A stretch of DNA of 64,000 nucleotides from Novosphingobium sp. (GTDB taxonomy: Bacteria; Pseudomonadota; Alphaproteobacteria; Sphingomonadales; Sphingomonadaceae): contig NZ_JAUYNB010000031.1 in NCBI RefSeq assembly GCF_030699305.1, positions 6,492-70,491 on the forward strand. The letters are read 5' to 3'. Numbering within the stretch: the stretch's first letter is position 1; each line of letters opens with the position of its first letter. Of the stretch, positions 1-8,872 are shown piece after piece. Both the position numbers and the translations under genes were made by a program. The notes beneath the pieces were generated by a model that was given only the letters and a program-made list of their open reading frames with translations, made no database searches and had not been told where the DNA came from.

Positions 1-514
1 TCAGGCTGTCCACCGCCTGCCCGAAAAAGGTGGACCCGATGGTCCGCGCCCACAGCTTGCTGCCGCCGGTCCAGATCTTCATCTTGGCCATGACAAAGCT
101 GTTGACGAATTCCCCCGCCCAGAACGCCAGGATCGATGCGGCGACGATCCGCCAGGTGCTGCCGAACACGCTTTCATAGGCCGCTTGCCCGCCCCAGTCG
201 GCGGCAGGCGGCATCGCCACGACGACATAGCTCATCAGCGCCATGAAGATCATCGCGGCAAAACCCATCCACACGCAGCGCCGGGCGTTGGCATAGCCGT
301 AAACCTCGGTCAGCACGTCGCCCAGCACATAGGACAGCGGGAAGAACAGGATGCCCGCGCCAAAGGTGAAGCCCTCGATCGTGGCCAGCTTGCTCGCCCC
401 GATCAGGTTCGACAGCAGCAGGATCGCGACGAACGCCGCCATCAGATAGTCGAAATAGCGGAAATGGCGGCGTGCGCCGGTGGTGCCGTCGATGCGGGAA
501 AGCTGGGTGCTCAT
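1..514 (-). CDS. Queuosine precursor transporter (VUT/YhhQ family), 3' end outside window
   Basis: Manual translation from ATG at 514: MSTQLSRIDG...YLMAAFVAILLLSNLIGASK...GILFFPLSYVLGDVLTEVYGYANARR, typical of YhhQ/VUT; not in the ORF track because it is truncated. Confidence 0.85.
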   Translation of the reverse strand, partial: MSTQLSRIDGTTGARRHFRYFDYLMAAFVAILLLSNLIGASKLATIEGFTFGAGILFFPLSYVLGDVLTEVYGYANARRCVWMGFAAMIFMALMSYVVVAMPPAADWGGQAAYESVFGSTWRIVAASILAFWAGEFVNSFVMAKMKIWTGGSKLWARTIGSTFFGQAVDSL

Positions 515-575
515 CGTGCGAACGCTAGCGCCGTTTGCACGGCGCGCAAAGCCCGACTATGAGCACCCCCGGCGC

Positions 576-652
576 GCGCCCGTAGCTCAGCTGGATAGAG
601 CGCGAGACTTCTAATCTTGAGGCCGCAGGTTCGACCCCTGCCGGGCGCGCCA
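576..652 (+). tRNA. tRNA-Arg(UCU)
   Basis: GCGCCCG/CGGGCGC acceptor stem, D-arm TAGCTCAGCTGGATAGAGC, anticodon loop CTTCTAA, T-loop GGTTCGA, encoded CCA; 77 nt. Confidence 0.97.
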
Positions 653-666
653 AAGTTTTGTTGCCC

Positions 667-1986
667 TCAGACCTGTTCCACTTTCGTCAGCCTTGGCGAC
701 AGCAGGTGGATCGCCAGCACCGCGATGAAATAGACCGTGGTGCAGGCCATGAAGATCACGGTGTAGTTGCCGCCGGTCGCATCCAGCACCAGCCCGGTCG
801 ACTTGGCCATGATCATGCCGCCGATACCGCCCGCAAAGCCGCCCAGGCCGATCACCGATCCGACCGCGCGCTTGGGAAACATGTCGGGCGGGATCGACAG
901 CAGGTTGGATGAGAACGACTGGTGCCCGGCCAGCGCGATCCCGATCAGCACCACTGCCAGCCACATGTTTTCCAGCCCCGATACAAACAGCAGCGGCAGC
1001 ACGCAGAAGCCCGACACCAGCAGCGCCACCTTGCGCGCGTAATTGGCGGTGCGCCCGCGCTGGATCAGCTTGGACGACAGCCACCCGCCCGCGATGCTGC
1101 CGACGTCCGACAGCAGATACATGATGATCATCGGCAGCAGCACGATCTTGAGATCGACGTTGTAGGTCGCGGCGAAATACTTCGGCAGCCAGAACAGCAT
1201 CAGGAACCAGACCGGATCGGTCAGGAACTTGGCCGTCGCAAAGGCCCAGGCCTCGCGCTTGGTGACGATCCGGCTCCAGCCGATCTGCTGGATCTTTTCG
1301 GGCGGATCATGCTCGATCCAGGCAAGCTCGGCCTCGCTGACGTTGCCGCTCTGGCGCGGGTTGGAATAGAACCACCACCACAGGCCCAGCAGCACGACCC
1401 CGAACAGGCCCGACCAGATAAACGTCTCACGCCAGCCCAGCCCCAGCGTGTTGAGGAACAGCGCCAGCGTCGGCGCGGTCAGGATCACGCCGATGGTGGT
1501 GCCGGAATTGACCCAGCCGATCGCCAGCGCGCGTTCCTTTTGCGGGAACCATTCGCTGCTGGCGCGCACGACTGCGGGGAAATGCCCGGCCTCGCCCACC
1601 CCCAGCACCACCCGCGCGGCCATGAACGAGGCGACCGACGAGGCGAACCCGTGGGCGACGTGGCCGATGGTCCAGATCGTGATCGCGATGGCATAGCCGA
1701 CTTTCGGCCCGAACCGGTCGATCAGCCAGCCCATCAGCAGGAACCCCAGCGCATAAGCCGCCTGAAATGCCGTGACGATGTTGCCGTAATCGTCCTCGGT
1801 CCAACCCAGTTCCTTGCCCAGCGACGGGGCGAGCAGGCCCAGCATGGTCCGGTCGATGTAATTGACCGTGGTGGCGAAGAACAGCAGCGCGATGATCGCC
1901 CAGCGGTAGCGGCCGGATGGCATGACCGGTGTGGCTGGTATGACTGGTGTGGACGGGGCGGGGGGGGCAGCAGTCGGTTCGGTCAT
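667..1986 (-). CDS. exuT: MFS hexuronate transporter (ExuT-like)
   Basis: RYRWAIIALLFFATTVNYIDR, WLIDRFGPK MFS motif, KFLTDPVWF; start moved to MTEPT (RBS GGGAGAG). Confidence 0.85.
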   Translation of the reverse strand: MTEPTAAPPAPSTPVIPATPVMPSGRYRWAIIALLFFATTVNYIDRTMLGLLAPSLGKELGWTEDDYGNIVTAFQAAYALGFLLMGWLIDRFGPKVGYAIAITIWTIGHVAHGFASSVASFMAARVVLGVGEAGHFPAVVRASSEWFPQKERALAIGWVNSGTTIGVILTAPTLALFLNTLGLGWRETFIWSGLFGVVLLGLWWWFYSNPRQSGNVSEAELAWIEHDPPEKIQQIGWSRIVTKREAWAFATAKFLTDPVWFLMLFWLPKYFAATYNVDLKIVLLPMIIMYLLSDVGSIAGGWLSSKLIQRGRTANYARKVALLVSGFCVLPLLFVSGLENMWLAVVLIGIALAGHQSFSSNLLSIPPDMFPKRAVGSVIGLGGFAGGIGGMIMAKSTGLVLDATGGNYTVIFMACTTVYFIAVLAIHLLSPRLTKVEQV

Positions 1987-2038
1987 ATCGCTCTCCCTGG
2001 GCGCCCGGTTGTGCCGGTCCGCCGAAACTGGATGGTGG

Positions 2039-2857
2039 TCAGACGCCGCGGGCGACGCCGATGGTGCAATGGACCGCGCCGTGCGGGCCGAACGTGGCGG
2101 CAACGTGCTGGCCAGTGGTCACCTGATGGACGCCGGTGATGGCCCCGGTGGAGACCCACAGCCCGGCGGATAGGTCAAACCCGCGCGCGGTCAGGTTGGC
2201 CAGCAGGAACCGCACCGCGCCATACGGCCCGTCGAGCATGGTTGCCGCGGTGGCTTCGCCCGCCAGCTGGCCGTCAACCTCGGTCCGCACGACAATCGTG
2301 CAGAGGTCCAGATCGGCCCAGTTTGGCAGTTCCCCGCCGATCACCAGCCCGGCGTTGTTGCCGAAATCGGATGCGGTCACGGTCGGGCCATCGGCGTTGA
2401 TGCCGCCATAGGGGGAACTGGCGATCTCGATCCCCAGCCGCACGTCGTCGATCAGCGCGCGGGTGGCGGCGTCACCTGTGGGCAGGGTGCCATCCCAGCC
2501 CGGGGCAAGGTGCAGCAGCAATTCGGCTTCGGCAGCGGCAAACCCGCCCGCGAAGACCGGCATGGCGGGAACGTCACCGGCGGCCGCGCGGACGACGCTG
2601 TCCGCAAAGATCGGCCCGGCCAGCCGGTCGGCCCCCAGCCGCGCATCGTCCGGCGGGTTGATCCGGCCGACTTTCCACCCGGCCACCGCGCGGCCATCAA
2701 GCACAATTGCGCGGTCCTGGATGCGATAGGCCTGCGCCAGATCGGCGGGCCGATCCCCCGGATAGCTGTCCAGCACCCGCGCGCCGCGCCGGGCGGCCAC
2801 GAATGCGGTTGCCACTGCCATGGCCTGTTCGGTCAAATCCATTCCCATCGTCGCCAT
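2039..2857 (-). CDS. 2-keto-4-pentenoate hydratase-like protein (FAH superfamily)
   Basis: AYRIQD, GWKVG, EAEL, IEIASS, SDFGNN, WVSTGAITG motifs of MhpD-type hydratases; start uncertain (2857 or 2848). Confidence 0.8.
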   Translation of the reverse strand: MATMGMDLTEQAMAVATAFVAARRGARVLDSYPGDRPADLAQAYRIQDRAIVLDGRAVAGWKVGRINPPDDARLGADRLAGPIFADSVVRAAAGDVPAMPVFAGGFAAAEAELLLHLAPGWDGTLPTGDAATRALIDDVRLGIEIASSPYGGINADGPTVTASDFGNNAGLVIGGELPNWADLDLCTIVVRTEVDGQLAGEATAATMLDGPYGAVRFLLANLTARGFDLSAGLWVSTGAITGVHQVTTGQHVAATFGPHGAVHCTIGVARGV

Positions 2858-2884
2858 CTGATTCCTGTTTGTGCGGTGACTAGA

Positions 2885-2898
2885 GGAAACCGGTGTCA
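2885..2898 (-). promoter_or_regulatory. LacI-type operator copy 1 (TGACACCGGTTTCC)
   Basis: Pseudo-palindrome with central CG upstream of the hydratase/MFS unit; one of five copies. Confidence 0.75.
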
Positions 2899-2906
2899 TT
2901 GGCAAT

Positions 2907-2954
2907 CCTGCGCGATTTGTCGTGCGCGATTTAGCCTGCGCGATTTGTCCTGCG
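2907..2954. repeat. 14-bp tandem repeat CCTGCGCGATTTGT x3.4
   Basis: Copies start at 2907, 2921, 2935 and 2949 (partial). Confidence 0.85.
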
Positions 2955-3067
2955 AGCAGCACGCCGTTTCCTTTTTGGCCAGCGGACGCAGCGCCGCCAC
3001 CACTGTATCGCTCGGATCAAGGCGCAAAGTTGGCGGACGCTTGCCGTGCATCGCCGGGCCGTCTATC

Positions 3068-3081
3068 GGTAACCGGTGTCA
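3068..3081 (-). promoter_or_regulatory. LacI-type operator copy 2 (TGACACCGGTTACC)
   Basis: ~90 bp upstream of the lacI-family start; probable autoregulation. Confidence 0.75.
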
Positions 3082-3171
3082 GCAATTGCCTTCATGGGCG
3101 CAAGAAGGCAAAGCTGATGCGTTGGGCTGAAGTGCTGGAGCACATTGCATCAGCCGATTTAAGGGACGGGC

Positions 3172-4200
3172 ATGGCCGGTAAGGCAAAACGCGACGCAAA
3201 GCCGACGATCAACGATGTCGCGCGGCTGTCGGGCGTATCCAAAAAAACGGTCAGCCGCGTGATCAACCGTTCGCCCCTGCTCAACCAGATGACCCGTGAA
3301 AAGGTTGAAGCGGTGATTGCCGATCTGGGTTACGTCCCCAATCCGCAGGCCCGTGCGCTGGCGCTGCGGCGCAATTTCCTGCTGGGGCTGATCCACGACA
3401 ACCCGAACGCCCAGATGGTGCTGAACTTTCAGGAAGGCGTGCTGGACGCGATCAAAGACACCGAATTCGCGCTGGTCGTGCGCCCGGTGGACCGAAAATC
3501 GCCGCGCCTGCTGGACGATATCCGCGCCTTCATCGAAGTGCAGCGGCCCTACGGCGTGCTGATCCTGCCGCCGGTGTCGGAAAACGATGCGATTGCCGAT
3601 TTGTGCCGTGAACTGGGCTGCAACTATGTCCGGATGGGGTCCGCCCGGCTGGACGACGCGGCGCATCTGGTCGAATCCAACGATCGGCAGGCGGTGGGCC
3701 TGGCAATCGACTATCTGGCGGACATGGGCCATCGCCGGATCGGGTTCGTGGCCGGTCCGGCAGGGTTCCGTTCGGCCAGCGAGCGTGAGGCCGGGTTTGA
3801 CGAGGCGATGGCCCGGCTGGGGCTGGATGGCTCGGCCGGGCTGAAATCGGCGGGCAACTACACGTTCGAATCCGGCCATGCCGCCGCCGTCCGGTTGCTG
3901 GACAACAGCCCGCGCCCGACCGCGATTTTCGCCAGCAACGATGAAATGGCCGCCGGGGTGCTGCACGCCGCGCGTGAACGCGGGATCACCGTGCCGGATG
4001 AACTGTCGATCGTCGGGTTCGACGATACCTCGATCGCGGCCCATATCTGGCCGCCGCTGAGCACAGTGCGCTGGCCGATTGCCAGCATGGCGCGGTCCGC
4101 CGCGCTGAAGCTGGTCGATCCTGCGGCGGCGGACGATCAGCCCTCGCTGTTCCTGTCCGACCTGATCCCGCGCGCTTCCGCCGCGCCTCCGCCAGCCTGA
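3172..4200 (+). CDS. LacI-family transcriptional regulator (hexuronate/pectin locus)
   Basis: PTINDVARLSGVSKKTVSRVIN HTH, YVPNPQARAL hinge, IVGFDD, PLSTV. Confidence 0.95.
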   Translation: MAGKAKRDAKPTINDVARLSGVSKKTVSRVINRSPLLNQMTREKVEAVIADLGYVPNPQARALALRRNFLLGLIHDNPNAQMVLNFQEGVLDAIKDTEFALVVRPVDRKSPRLLDDIRAFIEVQRPYGVLILPPVSENDAIADLCRELGCNYVRMGSARLDDAAHLVESNDRQAVGLAIDYLADMGHRRIGFVAGPAGFRSASEREAGFDEAMARLGLDGSAGLKSAGNYTFESGHAAAVRLLDNSPRPTAIFASNDEMAAGVLHAARERGITVPDELSIVGFDDTSIAAHIWPPLSTVRWPIASMARSAALKLVDPAAADDQPSLFLSDLIPRASAAPPPA

Positions 4201-4244
4201 ATCCCCTTTGCGGGAGTTTGCGGGAGCCGCGTCGGGCCAGTCAT

Positions 4245-4258
4245 TGACACCGGTTACC
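4245..4258 (+). promoter_or_regulatory. LacI-type operator copy 3 (TGACACCGGTTACC)
   Basis: Upstream of the kduI operon. Confidence 0.8.
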
Positions 4259-4309
4259 ATGGCAAGGTAAGACTGGCTCAAACGAACGCCCAAACGGGGA
4301 GAGACCAGC

Positions 4310-5146
4310 GTGTTTGCCAAGACCTACCATGCCACCCATCCGGACATGATGGACTGTGTTTCGAACGATGAACTGCGCGACCGCTATCTGGTCACAGACA
4401 TGTTCCAGCCGGGCCAGGTGACGCTGAACTACAGCCACAACGAACGCTTCGTGATCGGCGGCGCGGTCCCGGGGACCGAGCCGCTGAAGCTGCCGCTCCA
4501 GACCGCACCGGCCAGCGCGGCGGGCCACACCTTCCTGGAACGCCGCGAACTGGCGGCGGTGAATATCGGCACGGCGGGCGCGATCACGGTCGATGGTCAG
4601 CGCTTCGAAATGGGCAACAAGGAATGCCTCTATATCCCGATGGGATCGCAGGACGTGACCTTCGAAGGGGCCGGCGCGCGGTTCTACCTCGCCTCGGTTC
4701 CGGCGCACAAGGCGTGCCCGGTCAGGCATATCACGCTGGCGCAGGCGAACCCGCTGGCGCGCGGCGATCTGGCCAATTCGAACCAGCGCACGATCTATCA
4801 GCTGGTCATCCCCGGCGTGTGCGAAAGCGCGCAACTGCTGCTGGGGTTGACCGTGCTGGAAGAAGGCAGCGTGTGGAACACGATGCCGCCGCACCTGCAT
4901 GACCGCCGCAGCGAGATCTACCTCTACTTCGACATGGCCGAACCGACCGACCGGGTGTTCCATTACATGGGCGAACCGGATTCGATGCGGCACCTGGTAA
5001 TCGGGAACGAGGAAGCCGTGATCAGCCCGCCGTGGTCGATCCACATGGGTTCGGGCACCAGGAAGTATGCGTTCATCTGGGCGATGGGCGGGGAAAACCT
5101 CGACTACACCGACATGAACGTCCTCGACATCTGCCAGCTGAAGTAA
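4310..5146 (+). CDS. kduI: 5-dehydro-4-deoxy-D-glucuronate isomerase
   Basis: [51 protein letters not shown]. Confidence 0.95.
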   Translation: MFAKTYHATHPDMMDCVSNDELRDRYLVTDMFQPGQVTLNYSHNERFVIGGAVPGTEPLKLPLQTAPASAAGHTFLERRELAAVNIGTAGAITVDGQRFEMGNKECLYIPMGSQDVTFEGAGARFYLASVPAHKACPVRHITLAQANPLARGDLANSNQRTIYQLVIPGVCESAQLLLGLTVLEEGSVWNTMPPHLHDRRSEIYLYFDMAEPTDRVFHYMGEPDSMRHLVIGNEEAVISPPWSIHMGSGTRKYAFIWAMGGENLDYTDMNVLDICQLK

Positions 5147-5152
5147 GCGGCC

Positions 5153-5908
5153 ATGGCAATCTCGTTTGATCTGACGGGCAAGGTGGCGCTGGTCACCGGG
5201 GCCAACACCGGCATCGGGCAGGCAATTGCGGTCGCGCTCGCCGGGGCCGGGGCAGATGTCGCGCTGGCTGGCCGGTCAGAGCCAGCGGAAACACTCGATC
5301 TGATTGCAGGAACTGGCCGTAAAGCATTGAATATCAGGGCTGATCTTTCCTCGATCGAACCGGTCGGGCGAATCGTCGCTGAAGTCGTTTCCGGGCTGGG
5401 CCGGATCGACATTCTGGTCAACAACGCCGGTATCATCCGCCGCAACGACCTTGCCGAATTTACCGAGGAAGACTGGGATGCGGTGATCGACACCAATCTC
5501 AAATCGCTGTTCTTCCTCAGTCAGGCCGCAGCCCGTCCGATGGCCGCGCAAGGCAGCGGCAAGATCATCAACATCGCCTCGCTGCTCAGCTTCCAGGGCG
5601 GCATCCGCGTCCCCAGCTATGCCGCCGCCAAATCGGGCGTTGCAGGCGTGACCAAGGCGATGGCGAACGAACTCGCGGCGCGGGGCGTGCAGGTCAACGC
5701 CATCGCGCCGGGCTATATCGCCACCAACAACACCGCCGCGCTGCAAGCGGACGAAACCCGCAATCGCCAGATCGTGGAGCGCATCCCGACCGGTCGCTGG
5801 GGCAGCCCGGATGACATCGCGGGGGCAGCCGTGTTCCTCGCCTCTGCGGCAGCGGACTATGTCACCGGCCACGTTCTGGCGGTCGACGGCGGCTGGCTGG
5901 CGCGGTAA
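5153..5908 (+). CDS. kduD: 2-dehydro-3-deoxy-D-gluconate 5-dehydrogenase
   Basis: SDR GANTGIG, NNAGIIRR, FQGGIRVPSYAAAKSG; follows kduI. Confidence 0.95.
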   Translation: MAISFDLTGKVALVTGANTGIGQAIAVALAGAGADVALAGRSEPAETLDLIAGTGRKALNIRADLSSIEPVGRIVAEVVSGLGRIDILVNNAGIIRRNDLAEFTEEDWDAVIDTNLKSLFFLSQAAARPMAAQGSGKIINIASLLSFQGGIRVPSYAAAKSGVAGVTKAMANELAARGVQVNAIAPGYIATNNTAALQADETRNRQIVERIPTGRWGSPDDIAGAAVFLASAAADYVTGHVLAVDGGWLAR

Positions 5909-5917
5909 CGTCAGGCC

Positions 5918-6922
5918 ATGACCGTTACCTGCTTTGGCGAACTGCTGCTGCGCCTGACCCCGCCCGGATCGCAGCTGATGGTGCAGGCCGGCAGCCTTGA
6001 CATGGTGGTCGGCGGGGCAGAGGCCAACGTCGCCGCCGCGCTGGCAGCGCTGGGGCATGACGTGCGCTTCGCCGGGCTGGTCACCGACAACCCGCTGGGC
6101 GACCGCGCAGTTGCCGCGCTGCGGTCGGCCGGGGTGGACACCCGCCATCTGGCCCGCGCGGCCGGGCGGATGGGGCTGTATTTCATGGAAGCAGGGGCGG
6201 GACCGCGCCCGTCCGCGATCACCTATGACCGCGCGGGCAGCGCCTTTGCGCTGAGCGATCCGGCCGCGATCGACTTTACCGGGGCGCTCAGCGGGACCAG
6301 CCTGCTGCACACTGGCGGGATTACCCCGGCGCTGGGGCCGAATGGTGTCATTCTGGCCCGCGCCGCGCAGGCCGCAGCGGCGGCGGCGGGCGTGCCGGTG
6401 TGTTTCGACGGCAACTACCGCGCGCAATTGTGGGACAGCTGGGCCAGTGATCCGCGCACCATCCTGCACGAACTGGTCAGCGGGGCGACAATCCTGATCG
6501 GCAATCACCGCGATATTTCGCTGCTGCTGGGCCGGACCTTTTCGGGCGACGGACCGGACCGGCGGCGTGAGGCGGCGGAAGCGGCCTTTGCGGCATTCCC
6601 GAACCTGCGTCTGATCGCCTCGACCGCGCGGCATCTGGTTACCAGCGATCACCACCGGATCACGGCGCGGGTCGATGCCCGGGACGGCGCTTACCAGACC
6701 GATGAGATCGACGTGACCGGGATTGTCGAGCGGATCGGCACCGGCGATGCCTTTGCCGCCGGGGTGCTGCACGGCTGGCTGAACGGCGGCGACGTGCGGA
6801 CGATGGCCGAAACCGGGCTGGCGCTGACCGCGCTCAAGCACACCATCCCCGGCGACATGTGCCTGATCGGCCGCGCGGCGCTCGATGGCTTTTCGGCCCA
6901 CGGCGGCGATGTCCGCCGCTGA
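5918..6922 (+). CDS. kdgK: 2-keto-3-deoxygluconate kinase (PfkB family)
   Basis: FGELLLRL, GGAEANVA, FDGNYRAQLW, ERIGTGDAFAAG. Confidence 0.85.
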   Translation: MTVTCFGELLLRLTPPGSQLMVQAGSLDMVVGGAEANVAAALAALGHDVRFAGLVTDNPLGDRAVAALRSAGVDTRHLARAAGRMGLYFMEAGAGPRPSAITYDRAGSAFALSDPAAIDFTGALSGTSLLHTGGITPALGPNGVILARAAQAAAAAAGVPVCFDGNYRAQLWDSWASDPRTILHELVSGATILIGNHRDISLLLGRTFSGDGPDRRREAAEAAFAAFPNLRLIASTARHLVTSDHHRITARVDARDGAYQTDEIDVTGIVERIGTGDAFAAGVLHGWLNGGDVRTMAETGLALTALKHTIPGDMCLIGRAALDGFSAHGGDVRR

Positions 6923-8429
6923 GGGCTTTGGCCGCCGCGCTGTGCTGGCGGGCGGGCTGGCGGGAGCGCTGCTGACGTTATCCGGCCGGGCCGGAGCCGA
7001 ATCGCCGCTGGCCGTGCAATGCGTCGGACCGGTCCGCGCACCCGACGGGCACTTTCAGCCGGACCGCTGCGAACCGATGGGTGGACGCCCGGTCTGGTCC
7101 TATCCGGGTATCCGCTATGCCCGCGCCGATCGGTTCTGCGCGCCGCAGCCGGTGCGGAGCGCGCAGCAGGTCGGCCGCTGGTTCCCGGTCAGCCCGCAGC
7201 CGGGGGATCGTTATGGCGAGCAGTCGGAGGACTGCCTGTTCCTCAACGTCTGGAAGCCCGGCAATGCGCATCCGCGCCGCCCGGTGATGGTCTATTTCCA
7301 TGGCGGGGCCTATTCGACTGGTTCGGTCAGCGATCCGCTGAACGATGGCGCGGCGCTGGCCGCGCGCGGGGATGTGGTCGTGGTGACGGTCAACCACCGG
7401 CTGAACGCGCTGGGATACCTTTATCTTGCGCGGCTGGACCCGCGCTTTCCCGATAGCGGCAATGCGGGCCAGCTCGACCTGATCTGCGCGCTGGAATGGA
7501 TTCGCCGCAATATCGCGGCGTTCGGCGGCGATCCGGATAACGTCACGGTGTTCGGCCAGTCTGGCGGCGGCGCGAAAATCGCGACGCTGATGGCGATGCC
7601 CGCCGCCAAAGGCCTGTTCCACAAGGCGATCACGATGAGCGGCCAGCAGGTTACCGCCAGCGGGCCGCTCAACGCCACCCGGCGCGCAGCAGCGGTGCTG
7701 GCCAGGCTGGGCGGGGCGGATCCGGCGGCGGTGCCGGTCGGGCAGCTGCTCGCGGCGCTGTCTGCCACCGACCCGGTGCTGGGCGGGGGCGTTTACATGG
7801 GGCCGGTGCTGGATATGCGCCACCTTCACCGCCACCCGTTCTGGCCCGATGCTGCGCCGCAGGGGAACGCGATTCCCCTGTTGCTGGGCAACACCGTCGC
7901 TGAAACCCGCGCGTTCTATCCGGCGGATGGCCGGGTGCTGGGCGGGTTGGACTTTGGCAATCTGGCGGCGCGGATTGCGCCGGAAATGCGGATTGATGCC
8001 CACCCGGAATGGGTCGCGGCGCAGTTTCGCGCGCGCTATCCGGCGGATACGGCAGAGCAGCTGTTCCACCGCATCGTCACCGCCGCGCGCAGCTGGCGCG
8101 GGCAAGTGATCGAGGCGGAATTGCGCGCGCGGGCCGGGGCTGCGGCCCACGTCTATCAGCTCGATTTCGAAGATGCGGCACATACCGACGATATCGCCCT
8201 GGCATTCGGGACCGCGCCCAGCCCGACGCCGGCCCAGGCCGCGATGAGCGCGCGGGTGATGGACGCCTTCGTCCGGTTCGCCCGCACCGGCAATCCGGGT
8301 TGGCCAGCGTATGACCTCAAGGCGCGCAAGACGATGGTGTTTGACCGCGCATCGCGCGTGGTCAGCGATCCGCGCCAGTGGGAGCGCGAGCTGTTCGCGC
8401 CGGTGCCCTATATCCAGCCGGGCAGCTGA
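6909..8429 (+). CDS. Type-B carboxylesterase, Tat-exported
   Basis: GRRAVLAGG twin-arginine leader, SEDCLFLNVW, HGGAY, FGQSGG nucleophile motif. Confidence 0.88.
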   Translation: MSAAEGFGRRAVLAGGLAGALLTLSGRAGAESPLAVQCVGPVRAPDGHFQPDRCEPMGGRPVWSYPGIRYARADRFCAPQPVRSAQQVGRWFPVSPQPGDRYGEQSEDCLFLNVWKPGNAHPRRPVMVYFHGGAYSTGSVSDPLNDGAALAARGDVVVVTVNHRLNALGYLYLARLDPRFPDSGNAGQLDLICALEWIRRNIAAFGGDPDNVTVFGQSGGGAKIATLMAMPAAKGLFHKAITMSGQQVTASGPLNATRRAAAVLARLGGADPAAVPVGQLLAALSATDPVLGGGVYMGPVLDMRHLHRHPFWPDAAPQGNAIPLLLGNTVAETRAFYPADGRVLGGLDFGNLAARIAPEMRIDAHPEWVAAQFRARYPADTAEQLFHRIVTAARSWRGQVIEAELRARAGAAAHVYQLDFEDAAHTDDIALAFGTAPSPTPAQAAMSARVMDAFVRFARTGNPGWPAYDLKARKTMVFDRASRVVSDPRQWERELFAPVPYIQPGS

Positions 8430-8485
8430 GGCGCGGGTGCTTCCCCTTCGTCAGTCCGGGACCAGCCCGGGATGACCACAGGATG

Positions 8486-8872
8486 TCAGGGGTTGGGATA
8501 GCTGATGATCAACGACAGCGGCTTGTTGCGCAGCTGCCGGATGCCCACGACCGCACCCTTGTAGAGGTAGGCCGCCATGCCGGGTTTCAGCACCGCCCGC
8601 TGCCCGTCGGAGATCACTTCACCGGTACCGGACAGCACGTAATAGACCTCGTCATGCGCAATCGGGTGTTCGCCAATCGCCGCGCCCTTGTGCAGCACGC
8701 GGCGGCGGAACTCCATCGCGCGGGGCTGGGGGACGGCATCGGATATCCGGAACGCGGTGGACATGCCGATGGCGCCGTGGGGCGGGGCTTCCCGCCGCAT
8801 CGTGTCGCGCTCATCGATGACGGCCATCGGCGGCGCGGCAGAGAGCAGCAGCAGGGCGGCGGCGATGCTCAT
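8486..8872 (-). CDS. Secreted cupin-domain protein
   Basis: Short hydrophobic leader, H-x4-HDEVYYVLSGTG cupin motif; ATGA-coupled to the pectate lyase. Confidence 0.8.
   Translation of the reverse strand: MSIAAALLLLSAAPPMAVIDERDTMRREAPPHGAIGMSTAFRISDAVPQPRAMEFRRRVLHKGAAIGEHPIAHDEVYYVLSGTGEVISDGQRAVLKPGMAAYLYKGAVVGIRQLRNKPLSLIISYPNP

Noticed and set aside
5280-5400. Short lower-GC patch inside kduD
   Set aside because: Too short to distinguish a recombination patch from noise by eye
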